A DNA stretch of 64,000 nt from Paragordius varius. Its lineage: Eukaryota > Animalia > Nematomorpha. The stretch is from NCBI GenBank assembly GCA_964247055.1, contig OZ176050.1, positions 6,262,001 to 6,326,000 of the forward strand. Reading direction: 5' to 3'. Below the pieces are notes generated by a model. It saw nothing but the letters and a program-made list of their open reading frames with translations, had not been told where the DNA came from and searched no databases. Of this stretch, positions 63,871 to 64,000 are shown in pieces. Positions within the stretch are counted from its first letter, which is position 1, and the number at the start of each line of letters is the position of its first letter. The translations under genes and the position numbers were made by a program.

Positions 63871-64000
63871 TCTATATATTTATAAAAATGGAAAATTGTG
63901 GCTTTGTGATTTTTTTCTGGAAAACCGGTACATCCATTAAAATCCAAATGTCGAAAAAATATACATTAATGGATGCCCCGACAATAGTTTCGTCCTTTTT
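63871..64000 (+). mobile_element. Non-autonomous Helitron, copy 4 (5' end only, runs off the window)
   Basis: A|TCTATATATTTATAAAAATGGAAAATTGTGGCTTTGTGAT... has the same 5' sequence as copies 1-3. Confidence 0.85.

Overview
Strongly AT-rich eukaryotic (animal-like) genomic DNA, read by hand without alignment tools, so boundaries marked approximate may be off by some bases. Five recognisable spliced housekeeping genes are present: GALC (-), ALG5 (+), VARS (-), AKAP17A (-) and the 5' part of NSUN5 (+). There are also three unassigned spliced gene models. The genes mix extremely short GT-AG introns (19-30 nt) with kb-sized introns filled with transposons. Mobile DNA includes: an open Penelope-like element (RT + GIY-YIG) with a hammerhead ribozyme; a Blackjack-like hAT element carrying an inverted, deletion-riddled copy of its own transposase; four copies of a non-autonomous Helitron family with internal tandem repeats; a 2.46-kb foldback element with about 1-kb near-perfect arms in a VARS intron; smaller foldback MITEs; a tRNA-derived SINE; a TIR-bounded composite holding LINE RT and Gypsy integrase remnants; and several decayed LINE/PLE fragments. 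The most notable observations are the micro-introns, the AKAP17A and NSUN5 start codons lying only 30 bp apart head-to-head, the self-inverted (Mu-killer-like) hAT, and the large intronic palindrome. No rRNA, intact tRNA or CRISPR array was seen.
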